Source: Octopus sinensis
Lineage: Eukaryota
Assembly: GCF_006345805.1 (NCBI RefSeq)
Contig: NC_043003.1
Coordinates: forward strand, 26,040,001-26,104,000
Reading direction: 5' to 3'
DNA: 64,000 nucleotides
The notes beneath the pieces were generated by a model that made no database searches, was not told the origin of the DNA, and was given only the letters and a program-made list of their open reading frames with translations. Both the position numbers and the translations under genes were made by a program. Of this stretch, positions 26,201-39,400 are shown piece after piece (position 1 is the first letter of the stretch; the number at the start of each line of letters is the position of its first letter).

Positions 26201-29200
26201 GCTGTGTTCATCCATGGAAAAAATACAACAGCCACAACTATTATCACTACAAGAATTCATTGACCACAATTTACCTAGCATGGAGGGAAAAGAAACCCCC
26301 AAAATATAGATGCAAAGATATTAATCCCAGATATTAGGAAAAAATTAAAGCCGTAGAGTTCTGATGCTAATTCACACTTCATTTAATTACATAATTAATT
26401 AGAGGAAATATCTGATGTAACTCTAATCAAAATGTCACGATGTAAAAAACCCCTAAAAAACTGAATGTTAAATGAGTAATAAAATCAAATGAAAACAAAA
26501 TCTGTTATTTCTCTAAATATACACTCTATATTTGAATATATAAAGTAAATCGTGAGCAATATCCAAGCTACAGCAGAGAAGGCAAGACATTGGATTTTGT
26601 CAAGAGATGATGAATGGTTAGAAGAATACTGAGTGAAGCCTAGTAGCCAGATAATCTAGCAAGTGGGGTCTCATCTTTGTGAGGGGGACTGCTATGCAAT
26701 CAAACCATTGAAAAGGAGGCTCCCAAAATAGTGTGCATTCTCTGCTTGTGTCTGGCATGTTGAGCTTTCAACTGGTAGCACTTGTATCTAGTTGTTGTTT
26801 GTATATAATATATATTTTGCACAGTTAACTATTATAGCTGCCAATATCCATAAGACATAGCACTGCTAATTTATCTTTATGCACGAGTGAACATATTTCT
26901 ATACATATGTGGTCAGTATTTGAATGTATTTTGTACTGCCAACTATTTTAGCCACATACATTAAGAAAAAAAATCACCTTGTTATGCACGTGTGTGTGTG
27001 TATTCTACAGTATAGTATATAGTCAAAATGTTTCTTTTCCGTGCATACAATTCACTGTGTAGAATTTTTGAACCTCACATGTTGTCCAACTGTTTGCCTC
27101 TTATTCTCATCATTCCATTTGTGTTATTTTTATTTATATACACACATATTCATACATGTGTGTGCAAATATATCTATTTACATATATTATCAGTCTGAAT
27201 ATAGACTATACTACTAATTATTATAGTAACCAATATCTCTAAGTTATGTCTATTTAGTAACCAAATATTATAACGTGATACATTCAACAGTTTCTGAGGT
27301 TCCAGGATGGATGGACTCTCAAGAAAATTGAAGGAACAAACTGGATAAAGGCAGTGGCACCTAATTAGTAAAGGACTGGACAAGTCATTTGATGTTGGAA
27401 CAATGGGAAGTCTGGGACACAATAAAAAAAAAAATCATTTTTGTTCCCACCTTCCCTTTCAGAAATAAAAAAATCTAGTATGGACCTATAAATGCTACTG
27501 AAGTACAACACACATGCATTGAAACTATTAACATATTAATTACAACAACAATGCAAAAATACAAAAAAAAAAAAAAAAAAAAAAAACGTATATAAAAAAT
27601 AACAAAAACGCATCAGCAAGTGCAACATGAAGACATCTTCAGAAATGAGTCACCTACCACATTATACAAACCAATACTCCAGCGCTCGAACACAACCTGT
27701 CCGGAAAAGCCATTTACCATGGCAAACCAGAACTGGAAGAATATAAAGGTGGAAAAAAAACACACCAAAGTGCTATCAAACTTTTGGCCAACTTACTCCT
27801 TTGTGCATTTGAGACCAAATTTCTGCTACAAAATGTCAGACAAATACAATTGTAATATGGAGGTGCTTCTGAAAATAATAGTTTATATTTTCCTATTGTT
27901 TCTTGTAGGGGATAAGGGAATTCGACATCAAATGATGGCTTAATTTATTAATTTATGCTTCTGTGATTTTTTTTAATATGTTGTTATTTAGCTCTAGGAC
28001 AGGATCTGATCATAACAGAGCTATGATTAAAGGAATTCCAGCCATGACCATCCATTCTCTTCCAGAATGCATTACTCAATGTAAATGCTACCCTCTTGTA
28101 GTCATCCTTTTGATTATAATGTCTGAATAAATAAAGTCATTGTACAGGAATGAAAAGTTTTTAACAAGGGTAACCTTATTAGCATTGATGGCATGATAAC
28201 ATAACCCAGTACATTCTGTAAAGTGGTCGGCGATCAATCAGAGACAGCATGGGGTTGAAAGGACACTTTAGTCTGGTTGCAGATATGATGTCTCTAATGC
28301 TAGTACCACGAACTGCACCCACTACACACTATGAAGTGGTTGGTCTCAAGAAAGACATCCAGCCATGGAAATCATGTAGCAAATGAAACATACAAGTAAG
28401 ATATGGTTCTCCGAACAACTAAGAGCGCAGTAAATCTGGATAAGAATAGACTCGGACCAAGACTATCCATCAAACTCATGCTAGCTTGTAAAGTGGTTGT
28501 AAAAATACTGACGATGAATGAGTCCTTCTTTCCTTAAGATAGTGGAGTATCAGTTTAAGGAATTTTGCTGCTATTTCTAGTAGACTAAGTGACTATGAAG
28601 AAGCTTCCTTGTTGACCCACTGCACAAACCAGTTATATTTAGTATAGCATAGCCATTACTTTTTAAGGGAAAGCAAACTGTTAGAGTGTATGTAAGAGAA
28701 GAGGAGGGTTAGTGTTAGTAAAATGGGAATTTTGAAGGGGAGCAAGGCCATTGTGTGGTATATATTAAATGGGGTAATGGGGAATGGTGTGCTGTGATAT
28801 GCCAGGGGACACAGAGTGGAGTATGGTGTTTGGTAGACAAAGGGAAGGAAACATGATGTTTCGCCAAAATTACTTGAAAGGGCAAAGGTTAGAAATGAAA
28901 CTATTTATGTATATATACACACATATGTGTTGTTGCTGCTGTTGTTATTGGCACTAGTAAGGTTGCCAATAAACTTGAGAAAAGAGAAGGATATGAAAAG
29001 GCCGTTTCACTTAAATGGATTGGAAGACGGGTGGTTGGTGGCTTATGTCAAACATTGAGAGTCCTGGCATCTGGCATAAAGGAACAAGCACAAGTGCCTT
29101 GCTAAAGGCCAGATACCTTGCTACTCCAGAGTAAGTGATTAACAAGAAAAAAAAAAAAAAAAAACCCACTTAAAATTATCTGCAAGGATTAGGATTCAGA

Positions 29201-32200
29201 TGATATTAAATAAACCACCAGTTCTTCCATTGGTGCCACCCCCACCCATTATTGTCTAATGTGAATGGTTTCTCAACTATATTCAAGCAAACGAGAAGTA
29301 AGCAGAATTGAAAGACATCCATCCATAGCAGTTGCCTGTGACAGTCCGGTACATCACAGTAGAAAACCACTAGACCATGAAAAATTTACATCTGCTAGAA
29401 TTAATAGCAAATTTTCCCTAAAATTGCATCATGCTATTTTAAGAAAAAGGGATGACACATTGGATAATGTTGTCCAAAATACACTATGTCTGAATAAAAG
29501 ATAATATGGTTATGACTGGAACGTCTCATGTTTCTTCAACCAAGGCTATATAACAACAACAATTTCCAACTGCTTGAGGAAAAGGAGGTGGTTTAGTTGA
29601 TCACTTATTGTCTTCTGCTGAACATGAGAGGGAAATTGTAATGTGATTGTGAGAAGAGTATAGAATGAAGGGCCGTAAATTACTTGAATTTTTGAAATGT
29701 TGAGAATTTAAAAGGACAATGGAATGCCCTGGTCATATACAGACACACACATGAAAATATACATACATAAATATATATGTATGTATGTATATATGTATCA
29801 AACAATTGCATAAACTGAAATTTTGCAGCAGGGCATTATTGAAAAGTTGCAAGCATTATAAATATAGCAAAAAAGCTGGTATGTATCTCATACACACACA
29901 CATACATATCTTTATACATATTGTACACACCCAAACCATGCCGTAGATAAAACAAACACACACTAAAATAAAAGAAAAATATGAGAAAAAGTTTGTATGG
30001 AACTGGTTAGTAGTACACAGCGACCATGTTCAGTTAGATTAGGTTGCTTTGAAAATAGGTGGGATTTTTGGAAATACATTGGTGAAATGTTGGATTGCAC
30101 ATACCACATTGTAAAAACCAATTATCCACCTCTCAAAGACAATTTGCCCTGAGAAGGCGCAAAGTGTGTTGAACCATAGCTGAAATGGACAGTCAATTCA
30201 TAAAGATTAAATACAGTGGAGACATTCATAGTAATGTAGAAACAGTTAGAGGATTGTGTGTGTGAGAGAGATGATATGAAGGGGTCATTTGTTGGAAATG
30301 AGTCATGCAGGAGGTGTAGAAAATGGTAAAGGTTTTAAATAAGACTAAAAATTTCAAAGGGAGAAGGGCTTAGTCAATTACATTGGCCCAATACTTGTTT
30401 GGTACTTATTTTATCAAATAAATATGGAAAGCTGAAAGACAGAGTTGACTTAGCTAGGTTTGAGCTCAGAACGTAAAGAGCCACAACAAATACCATGGGA
30501 TGTTTTGTCTGATGCACTAATGTTTTTATCAATAGAAGTTTTAAAAGAAATATAATAGTAAATGTCTCAAAAGTATGAATGGACTCATAAGGACTTTTAA
30601 TTTTTAGCACTGGTTTCAAAGGATCATGATGAAAGGTAAATGTCCCTCGTGGAAGCGCCATCCAACCAAAATGCAAATATATGGGAAACTACCACCTGTG
30701 TCATCTCTTGTGAAAGGTAGGAGAGTCCAGTTTGCTGGACATTGTTGTAGAGCTGAAAAAGAAGTAATTTCTACTCTTCTCCTCTGGAAGCCATCTACTC
30801 GCAATACCAGAGGGCGCACACTCTCCTACCCTGATGTAATCTCCAGGGACACAGGCATCCAGCAACAGGACCTCCGTAATGCTATGATGGACCGTGAAGT
30901 CTGGCATAACATAGTAAATTCCATTGTCTCGACCACGGTCGAACAATGATGAATGATGATGATGAAATGTCCCTCTAGTCAGGGTACTAACAATGATGAC
31001 ATTCCCAGGACATCTGATATTTATTCCTGGCAATTAGGGGAACAGATGAATATGTAAAGTTGTTCATTTTTTTTTCTTAAATCAGTTAGTCAGAGAGGGA
31101 AGAGTAACATCTAATGCTTCATTCCACCTCTAGTGTCCCTGGAACCGGTAGGAAGAGCTTATATGCATATTGAGGTTTTGGCTCAAATGTGTGCAACAGA
31201 CTAAATTCAACTAGAGGCAGCTGAGACCCAGGTGATAGTGTTACATCAAATAATGGATTAAATTTACAGCCCAACAACTCAGAATGCAAAGAGTTTTCAG
31301 AAGAAATACTGCAAGGTATCACATCTGATGTTCTTACAATCCACTGAACTGGTACTTCATTGGACTGACCTCTGACCTCTGCCTTTAAACCAAAACTTCA
31401 ATAAGTTAATTTGCTAAAAAGAAGTCTGGTGATTTATATTGGACATGAATGTGATCTTTCACTCAATATTAAGGAATATATGATGAGACCAATTACAAAT
31501 AAAGCAATTGAAGTCAGAGTTCAACACAAAGATACTCTAAATTGAGGAGCTGGAGTTAAAGGTTTTGTGTAATAACTTTACAGCCCTGGGTGAGTTATGG
31601 CAAAAAGCAACTAAGTCTAAGGTAACAGTATGCAATAGAGTAAAAATATGCGCTTGTGTGACAGTGAGTGATAAAGAGAGTAGTACAGTAGATGACAAAG
31701 ACAAAATGTGATGACGTGATTTTGAAAAAAAATTTCTATGGTGGAAAATGTCTTACAATGAAGTGTGTACAAGAAACAATAAAATGTGTTTGATGTAAAG
31801 ATGACTTTGGCCTTGGAGAAAACTAAGTTGAATAAAATTAATTTGCTTTGAAGTCTGTGTCCATGGAATCAATGCTGATATAACATGAAGCATCTGAGTT
31901 CCATGTAGATGATACCTGCATGTGGAAAAGTTAAGGTGGAGTCTACAAGAAACTATTATAATATATGTTTGATGTAAAAATGAATTTGGCGTTGGAGAAA
32001 ATTAAGTTGAATAAAATAAAATTATTTTTAAGTCTGTATCCATGGGAGCAATGCCAGTATGGCAGGAAGTGTTGTAAGTTCCATGAATTCTTTGTAGATG
32101 ATGCCTGCATGTGGAAAAGTTAAGGTGGAGTATAGAGTGGTATCATGTATGTGGGAATGCATGTGTACTTAGTAACTGCAAGTAGGCCATCACTTAAATG

Positions 32201-35200
32201 TTGGGGGAGGTTTAAGTAATCCTTGGAGAACATCAGAGTTGACAGAATGGGTGTTGGAATGAACCCTTTCACTGTAGACAACAATAAAATGTCCTGAAAA
32301 AAATTGCAAATCCAAGAGATGAGAATCACTATGTAATCAACTCAGCTAAGAGTTTCTGAAGACTTTACATCTAATGAAGGTGTCAAGAGTGTTAATATCT
32401 TTGGTTGAGTAGGGGAACGTAACTCCAGTAGATTTAGTTCTATGTAAACAGTTTTGGTGAAGTCTCTTAAGCAGGGAAAGAGACTAAAGGCAATTATTTA
32501 TAACTGTTTACAACTTCTGTGAGATGTTGAAAAACAGAGAAATGGATGGGTACTTGATAAAATTAGAGAAGATGCTTTTCTTAGGAATGGAAGAAACTAG
32601 AGTCAGTCTCTAAAGATTTGATTGTTAAACCAGAAGCATCATATTGGGGAGGAATGCAACAGTCAAACTGTGTGCATTGAAGTTCCCAAGAATGTGGTAT
32701 TTTGTTTATGAGTTCATAGAAAGGATGGACAGATAGTTTGATCTATTGATAGCTGGCCAGACTGAACAAACAGCTTGATAGATAAATAGTTTGATGGATG
32801 GAGAGATAGATGGATTGAAGAGGAAATGGGTCAATGAATAGATAACTGGATGGAAGGACCAAATAATAAAGATGCATTGATTTTCAACTGCAAAGATCAA
32901 TAAATTGATGGGATATTACTGTACTACTGGAAGGTTTAGAGAATGTCGAGAGTGGCAGTTAAACAGATGAAGTTATAATTTCAATAGCAGAATGAATGAA
33001 AAGAAGTGAAACTTACCTCTATGACATACAGACAAATGTTCTTATAGAAAGAATACAAAATAAGTTTACACAGTCTTGAGTAACTCCAGGCTCCATGGAC
33101 GAGTAACAACTTGTTTAGGTAACGGAACTGAAATACAAATATACACACAAATATACATATATATGTAAAATGGAAAAAAAAAAGGAAAACGTTTTATATA
33201 TAAGCAGAAAACTGGCAACAATGTGCACATAACGATGAGTGTTTAAGTGAGAGAACAGCGAAGATGTGTTAAGTGTAAGCATGAAAGAAGTTCATAAGGA
33301 ATTCTGCCAAATACCAAGACACTCATATCCACCAACACCATCATCATTGTTGTTTTAATGTTTACTTTTCCATGCTTACATGGGTCAGAGTGAAATGTTG
33401 CAGCAAATTTTCTACAGCAGAATAGTCCTTCCTGCAACCAACCTTCACCTGTTTCTAACCAAGGTAATGTTTCTCCATGGCCAGATGTGTTTTCAAAGAA
33501 TATTGGAAATGAATGACACAGCTTGTATGAAAGCAACACTCGTTTACAACTATCATGTAATGTCAAGACAAGGAGACACAAACAAATGTATATATGCACA
33601 CATAAATGTATTGGGTTGTCTGGAAAGTTCGTGCCGATTTATAGTAGACTACCTTTCGACTTAGTTTAGAACATGGTTGAGTCCATAAAATAGGATTTGA
33701 CAACACCTCCATTCAGAGTACAGTTTAAGCTATCTTTTTGTGGAAGAAGGTTTATGTTACTATAACCTGCATTAATTCTGTAACCCTTTAAAATGGAAGA
33801 TAAAAAAGTTCATTTTCAGCACTTGAAGCTTTGGGAATCAGACAAAAATTGCTGCAGCTTGGCTGGGATGTGTTACCCCACCATCCATATTCCCCAGATA
33901 TTGCTCCTTCGGATTTCCACTTATTCAGGTTTCTGCTGAATAGTCTTAATGGTAAAAATTTCAATTCCTTGGATGATGTAAAAAGATACCTTGATGAATT
34001 CTTTGCCATGAAACCACCTCAATTCTGGGAAGAGGGTATTTTCAAGTTAAAGGAAAGATGGAGACGCATTGTGCAACAAAATGGTTCATATCTGGTTGAT
34101 TTAAAATGTAATGGCAAGTATTTATTGATCTTTTTCTTTCCTTTAAAAATCGGCACAAACTTTTTGGACAACCCAATATATATGATGGGTTTCTTTCAGT
34201 TTGTCAACCAAATCCACTCACAAAGCTTTGCTTGGCTCAAGGGTGTAATAAAAGACACTTGCACAAGGAACTATGTAGTGGAACTAAATTCAAAACCATG
34301 TGGCTGAAAAGTGAACTTTTGAACTACAAAACCATGCCTGTACTTATATTTCACTATAGTCAAATGTAGACTTAGCCTGGGAAAAAAACCAACACTGAAA
34401 TAAGGTTTGCTTTGTGCAGTAAATACCAATATAGAATGGGAAAAAAATCACTGAAAAATAAAGCAAATAAAAGAATGTCACCAGAAGTTCTGGAATACTC
34501 TACCTGGGCTATAGCATAGTCTGAAGCACATGCTGCCTGCAAGCCTTCGTTACCGCTGATACCTACACCAACATGTGCTGACTGAAAAAGTAAGGAAAAC
34601 AGGTTTTAAAATAAAAAAATACAAAGATGCACCACATTACATTTACATGAAGTTCTAATTCTACTGAAACACACGATGAAGGAGTCCCAAAAATATTTAT
34701 AGAGACAAAAAATAAAATAAAGATTAAAAAATTTGAAACTAATTAATATATTGACCCCAGTACTTAACTGGTACTTATTTTAACAAACCTGAAAAGATGA
34801 AGGGCAAAGTAGCAAAGTTGGCCTCAGTGGAATTTGAACTCGTAACATAAAGAGCCAAAAGAAATGCTAATAATAAAAACAGTTTATAAAAATTTGTAAA
34901 ATAGGATCTAAATCTATATGTTGTGAAGAGAAGTTTGGACATATTTCAGGCAAGGTTTTACTTTACAGAAAAGATTTCTTGAGAGAAGGAGAAACAGTTT
35001 CTTGAGACAACAAAACAGAGCCTTTCTTTGCAAAAAATGGGGCTCCTGTAACTATTCTCATGGCATGCAAACATATTTTATGAAACTCAGAAAATAGTGA
35101 TGACCAAGAAAAATGCTTGCTATTAAAACACTTGCTTTTGTATTCCAATTATGCAAAATAAAACATTAATCCAACTGTCAAACATGTTAAGGGAAGATGA

Positions 35201-36363
35201 GGAGGTGAGGATTAACTAATAACTGATTCTGAAGTTGAGCATGGAGAGGACCAAATCTTTTAGTTAATTCAGAGGTTAAATGTCAAATCAATATTCAACT
35301 AAAGACCAAATAATGTTGTCATCATCATCTTACTACCTACTCTTCCACTCTTGCAAGGGTTGGACAGAATTTATTGAGGCGAATTTTCTACATGCAGATG
35401 TCCTTCCTGTGGCCAAGCCATATCTGTTTTCAAGTGAAGTAGTTTTTCTCCATGGCCAAGCATGTTTTATTATGGAAGACTGGAGACGAAGAACACCACA
35501 TGTATGACAGTAACTCTTGTTTAGAGTTATCACATGTCGAAACAAGAAAACACTATAAAACACACACACACACATGTATGTATATGTACACACAGGATAC
35601 ATCAGGCTCTTTCAGCTTTCATCTACCAAAATCTACTCACAAGGCTTTGGTTGACCCAGGGCTATTGGAGAAGACACTTACCCAAAGAACCAAGAAGTGG
35701 GACTGAACCTGAAACCATTTGGTTGAAAAGCAAACTTTTCAATGACAGCCGAGATATTTAACTAGATTTACAGCTAAAAAGAGTATAAGAAAGTATATGA
35801 AGAATTCATAATGACACTACAGCTGCAAATGGACCCACATACCTGGATCATACCAACATCATTGGCACCATCTCCAATGGCCAAAGTTATAGCTTTCACA
35901 GAATGCTTGACAAGTTCTACTAATTCTGATTTTTGGATTGGTGATACACTGTGAAAAAATAAAAATAAAAACGATGAAATCATCATCTTAATTATTCATT
36001 CATTTGTTCATTTTACATATATTTTTCCATGCTGACATCAGTCAGATGGATACTTATTTGAGGTAATGTTTTATGCTTGATGCTCTTCCTGTCATCAACA
36101 CTTAACTGTTTTGCAAGAGATTTATTCATTTTTATTTATTCCATTAACCAATATTAGCACAGAGTTAAAAGATGTATTGATCATGGGAAATGTAAACATG
36201 ATATTACCATTTTCTTTGCTAAGATAGTATCAAGCAGCAAAGTGAAATTGACAATATTCACACACCTGCATGTATACATGATTCTATGCAGTTTCTGTTT
36301 ATCAATTCCACTCACTGTTTGTTTTACAGAGGGTAAAGAGAATATATATGAATCATTAAGCAC

Positions 36364-36432
<69 letters not shown>

Positions 36433-39400
36433 ACTGGACTTACCGGCAACAAATGACTGATCTACATGAAACGGCAATGTCAAGGAAATCTTGTCGACAG
36501 TCACAGAGGAGGGCGTATTTCAATGTCTAATGAAGATAAATATACAATTATCAACTTTCAGAATTCTTTTATATAAAAGAACTACCAACATATTGCATTA
36601 AACCATTTAATTTTTTCAGAATTATGCCCTAACCCGATCAATAAGAATCTTTTAGCTAATTCTTTTCAGACTCATATGGACTTATAGGGTCATGTATACA
36701 TTCAGTTTCCATGGTGTTTAACAAATGAGAAACAAATCTACCTTTGGATAGAATATGAGTCTATCATAGCTAGATTTCACTGCAACTGGAATTTAACTTG
36801 GCTTTATTACAAAAAAAAAAAAAAAAAAAAAAAATTCAGTGCAGTAACTAATTACAGCACTGAGATACATCACAAGCAGCATCTCTCTCAATAGCAGAGA
36901 TCAGTTAGTTTTAAGTCTCTTGTCCTATAGGCAGGCAAAAGCAGTACTGATGACAATATGAATCCTAACCTCATAATTGGTTGTTCAATACTCTATATTC
37001 ACTCTTCCACACTCAGTACAAAAAGTCATTACAAAAAGCCCATTGTAATGGAACGAAAGTATATGTCTAAAAACTAGAGCTACTGCTTGCACATTATTTA
37101 CCATTAAGCATCAACATAGGTGGACAGTTTTTATTTATTTTTTTTTTCAATGCTTAATCAGAGAGGAAGGATAACTGCTATGACCCTTTCTAGAGCATCC
37201 AAGGCTGTTAAATTATCTTCAGAAAGGAAATCTGTCCTGAATGCTTGCTACAGAATGGGCCCTGGTGATGGTGTGTTAAGTCAAGCAACATATCAAGTTT
37301 ACCATCTGTAAACAACAATCTGATGAGATTGCACATGAACTCCATCAAAGAAATTTCACTCACAATGTTTTGGTTGACCAAAGGTTAAAGAAGAGATACA
37401 GTGCTCTGCAGTGAGACAAAACTACTGCAAATCCACAAATACATCACCTAATTATTATTGTTTTAGTTACTTTCCCCAGGAAGCAGAGTCACCAACTTGG
37501 TTTTGATCCTTGATTAAAGCCATTCTGCTTCAAAATACACAAAAAATTTCCATTCCATCATCATATGATACATTCACAAAGCTTTGTTTTTTGTTTTTCT
37601 TTCTTAACCACCAGTTACAGAAACCCAGCCAAAGAGGCATAATCTTTTTTTAGTTATTACAACAGTCTCCATTCTCTGAAATATGATGAAACGTTTTCCT
37701 TACCTGACCATCAATAATAAGAGCAACATCATTGTCTTTCCGTAAATGCTCACCAAAATCTTGGACATGTCGACGGAGTGTCTCTCTGGTGGCCTACAAT
37801 GGAATGGTATACAAGAATATTAAATACGCTGTGGGAATGTCAACATTAACCAACTGAACAAAGTAAGAGCAAATCCCTTTCATTTTTGAATATCATTAAA
37901 GGAATGACATACTGTAATGAAACCCTGATTGTGATTGGGTAGTTTAAGTGCATGCACAAGTGAAACTTGGGATGATTACACTGAGTTTCATACAGAATCA
38001 ATGGTACTTGACTAATGTCTCCACTCTTTTCAATCGTTCCTTAATATTCAAGATGGAGTGTGAAGGTGTAGAAAGCCAAGCGCTCTGTTATGGTTAATGA
38101 GCCGTATGAACATTTATCAAGCCGATTGTTTGCTTGTTCATTTACCATCCATTTTTTCCATGTCGCATCCTAATATTTCAAAGAAGATTTCAAATAAATG
38201 TGATGCAGAATATTTATAATGGAGAAAAGAACCTTGGACAAGCTTCTTAACCATACAATGATGCCTGCACCAATCTAAATTTAAGTGGACTTTATGAAAT
38301 TCCATTTTATTAAATTATAAACATGGTTTTTCTCCACGAGAAGAATATGTTCATGAAGATGTTGTATTCTGCCATTTTCCTCTTCTTTTTTCATGTAATG
38401 ATAGGAACACAGAATGTAGCTTCTTTTATTACAAAAATGGTTGAAATATGACAAAATTATCATAGAATGTTGTCCTCTGTCAATAACATTTGTTGAATTG
38501 GAGTAAAAAATTATACTTTGAAAGTGTAAATGTAAGATATTTCATTACACACACACACACACATACACACACAAATAATGAGTATAATCTTTCCTTGAAT
38601 ACTGACTTTCTCTTTGTATGTACATGTTTGTATGTAAGCAGAAAAAAAAAATCTGTATATCACTTCACTCAACAAGTGCAACATGTCAGATAACTACAAC
38701 CTTATACAATAAGATACCCCTGAAATGGATGGCACACACACATGCCTTAACAAACCTCTTACAGCACGAATCAAACTAAATGCACATTGACAAAAATAAC
38801 TTGCTGCAGATAACATCAACGAACAATCTAGGATGCTACCATATGATAAGACTCCCTACAGACTGGTTTATATAATGTTACACTAAACCACATAGATTTT
38901 ACAGGCATACCCATTCTCTCTTGGTCTATTATGTGATTGTATTGGGCAAGGCTATGTTGTGTGTATGTCTCAGTGTAGAATCTATACTTCTAGTGTTCTT
39001 GTCTTCAGCCACCTCTGACAAGCCATGAGATATTAATGGTTTTATTCCAGAGTATTCATTCTTCTCTAGATTAATTGCCCAGAGACTAGGAATCTTATCT
39101 GCTGAGCTTTTAAACTATACTAACATCTGTGTACAGACATCACACACACTAGTCATTGAGAGTTGGCTTTGATGGTGAGCACTCCACTTACTTGACTGAC
39201 AGGATTACCTGCTGAGTTAGGGAGTAAAAGGCTCAGCATTCCACAGACATGTGGCCCTTTAACCCTTCAGCATTCAGAGTACCCTGCCAAATGTAATGCT
39301 TATTCATTCACATTATTTTGATTTAAATCTTGCATTATCTTGTAGCTTCAGGATATTGAGGATCATCATCATCATTTAACGTCCACTTTCCATACTAGCA

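Noticed and set aside
30701-31033. 110-aa minus-strand ORF
   Set aside because: Antisense shadow of the LINE fragment plus flank; no splice or homology support.
31900-32110. RT YADD-like motifs (HVDDT / FVDDA) on the plus strand in the tandem duplication
   Set aside because: Opposite orientation to the adjacent LINE remnant and no other RT motifs in frame.
33831-34307. 158-aa ORF as a functional or domesticated transposase gene
   Set aside because: It lacks the HTH and the first two catalytic Asp regions, the true ATG is out of frame, and the C-terminal extension runs through the TIR into a SINE.
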